This document shows, piece after piece, positions 63,330 to 64,000 of a stretch of 64,000 nt of DNA. This DNA is from Prorocentrum cordatum (lineage: Eukaryota), in assembly GCA_963575745.1 (NCBI GenBank), contig CAUYUJ010000059.1:558001-622000 (forward strand), written 5' to 3'. The notes beneath the pieces are model-generated. The model searched no databases. It worked only from the letters and a program-made list of their open reading frames with translations, and was not told the DNA's origin. Position 1 is the first letter of the stretch; each line of letters begins with the position of its first letter. The position numbers and the translations under genes were made by a program.

Positions 63330-63628
63330 GCCCCCCAGAGCCCGTGAATAGCAGCTGGCTCAGCAGGCGCCATGTGCCACTCCTCCACTACGGAGGGCTG
63401 CGGCATGGATTGCTGCAGCTTCTCCACGCGTGGCTTAAGGCCTGCCGTGTCCTCAAAGAGATCCTCGATGCGCGAGTGAACTCTTCAGCCCACTGGTTCA
63501 CGAATCATGTACTTGACGCCGAACTCGAGGGAGGGGTATTCCTTGCCATCTCGCGTAACCTCGAGGACGTTCGCGAACGTTCAAAGCTTTCTCTGCGATG
63601 TGGCTATGTAGGCCTTGAGCTCGTGTGA
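63330..63628 (-). pseudogene. Decayed coding fragment, product unknown
   Basis: ELKAYIATSQRKL*TFANVLEVTRDGKEYPSLEFGVKYMIREPVG*RVHSRIEDLFEDTAGLKPRVEKLQQSMP; protein-like with two stops. Confidence 0.25.
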
Positions 63629-64000
63629 GTGGATAAGTGACGACGCCCAAACCGAGGAACCGGTAGCTGCTTCGTCTGGCGTCGCGACTGGGATATTATG
63701 GATCTGCTTTTTCATGTTGGCCGATATCTCCTGATTCCGTTTGCGCTCGGCGCTCCTCGGTCCATCTCGACGGACACACTTACTACCACAGTCGCATGTC
63801 GACCTCGAACCGCGATTCTGAGCATCGCATACGCCTCGGGCCGCTCACCATGGCGCCACGATCGGCCCCATGAGGGTGCCGCGGGCAAGCAGCACCGACA
63901 AAAACAAGCGCGCCCTCTCGCGCTCGGCTCGTTGTCTCCTATGTGCCACTGTGGCCCGGGGTTCCCAGGGCCACCCGCGCGCGCCGCGGGTCGCGGCCGT

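Overview
This is a GC-rich, repeat-dominated eukaryotic window, most consistent with a dinoflagellate nuclear genome (Prorocentrum-like). That assignment is inference from AG|G acceptors, GC/GA donors and the repeat landscape. Most of the window is microsatellite ((CCT)n, (GAC)n, (GAT)n, (TACA)n, (GCC)n, (TA)n) and nested non-autonomous mobile elements carrying their own tandem arrays. Nearly all ORFs in the supplied track are artefacts of these repeats. One convincing host gene is present on the + strand: exons 29821-31461 and 31826-32207, with a probable first exon at 24667-24737, giving about 697 aa with an IQ-like motif and unknown function. Retroelements include a 5'-truncated CRE-like non-LTR element with an intact zinc knuckle and restriction-like endonuclease end (about 57148-57963), and heavily decayed DIRS-like (about 48400-52100) and Copia-like (about 58500-63280) pol remnants on the - strand. 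The most notable structures are: (i) several satellite-carrying elements with unrelated interiors but one shared terminal grammar (TTCCC plus hairpin, subterminal inverted repeat, 3' stem-loop, T-run insertion), resembling Helentron-associated HINE/DINE-1 elements; (ii) a Mutator-like foldback element with a 10-bp TSD; (iii) a cluster of four perfect palindromes; (iv) an intron with introner-like ends. No rRNA, tRNA or CRISPR array could be supported. All alignments were made by eye and no database search was run.
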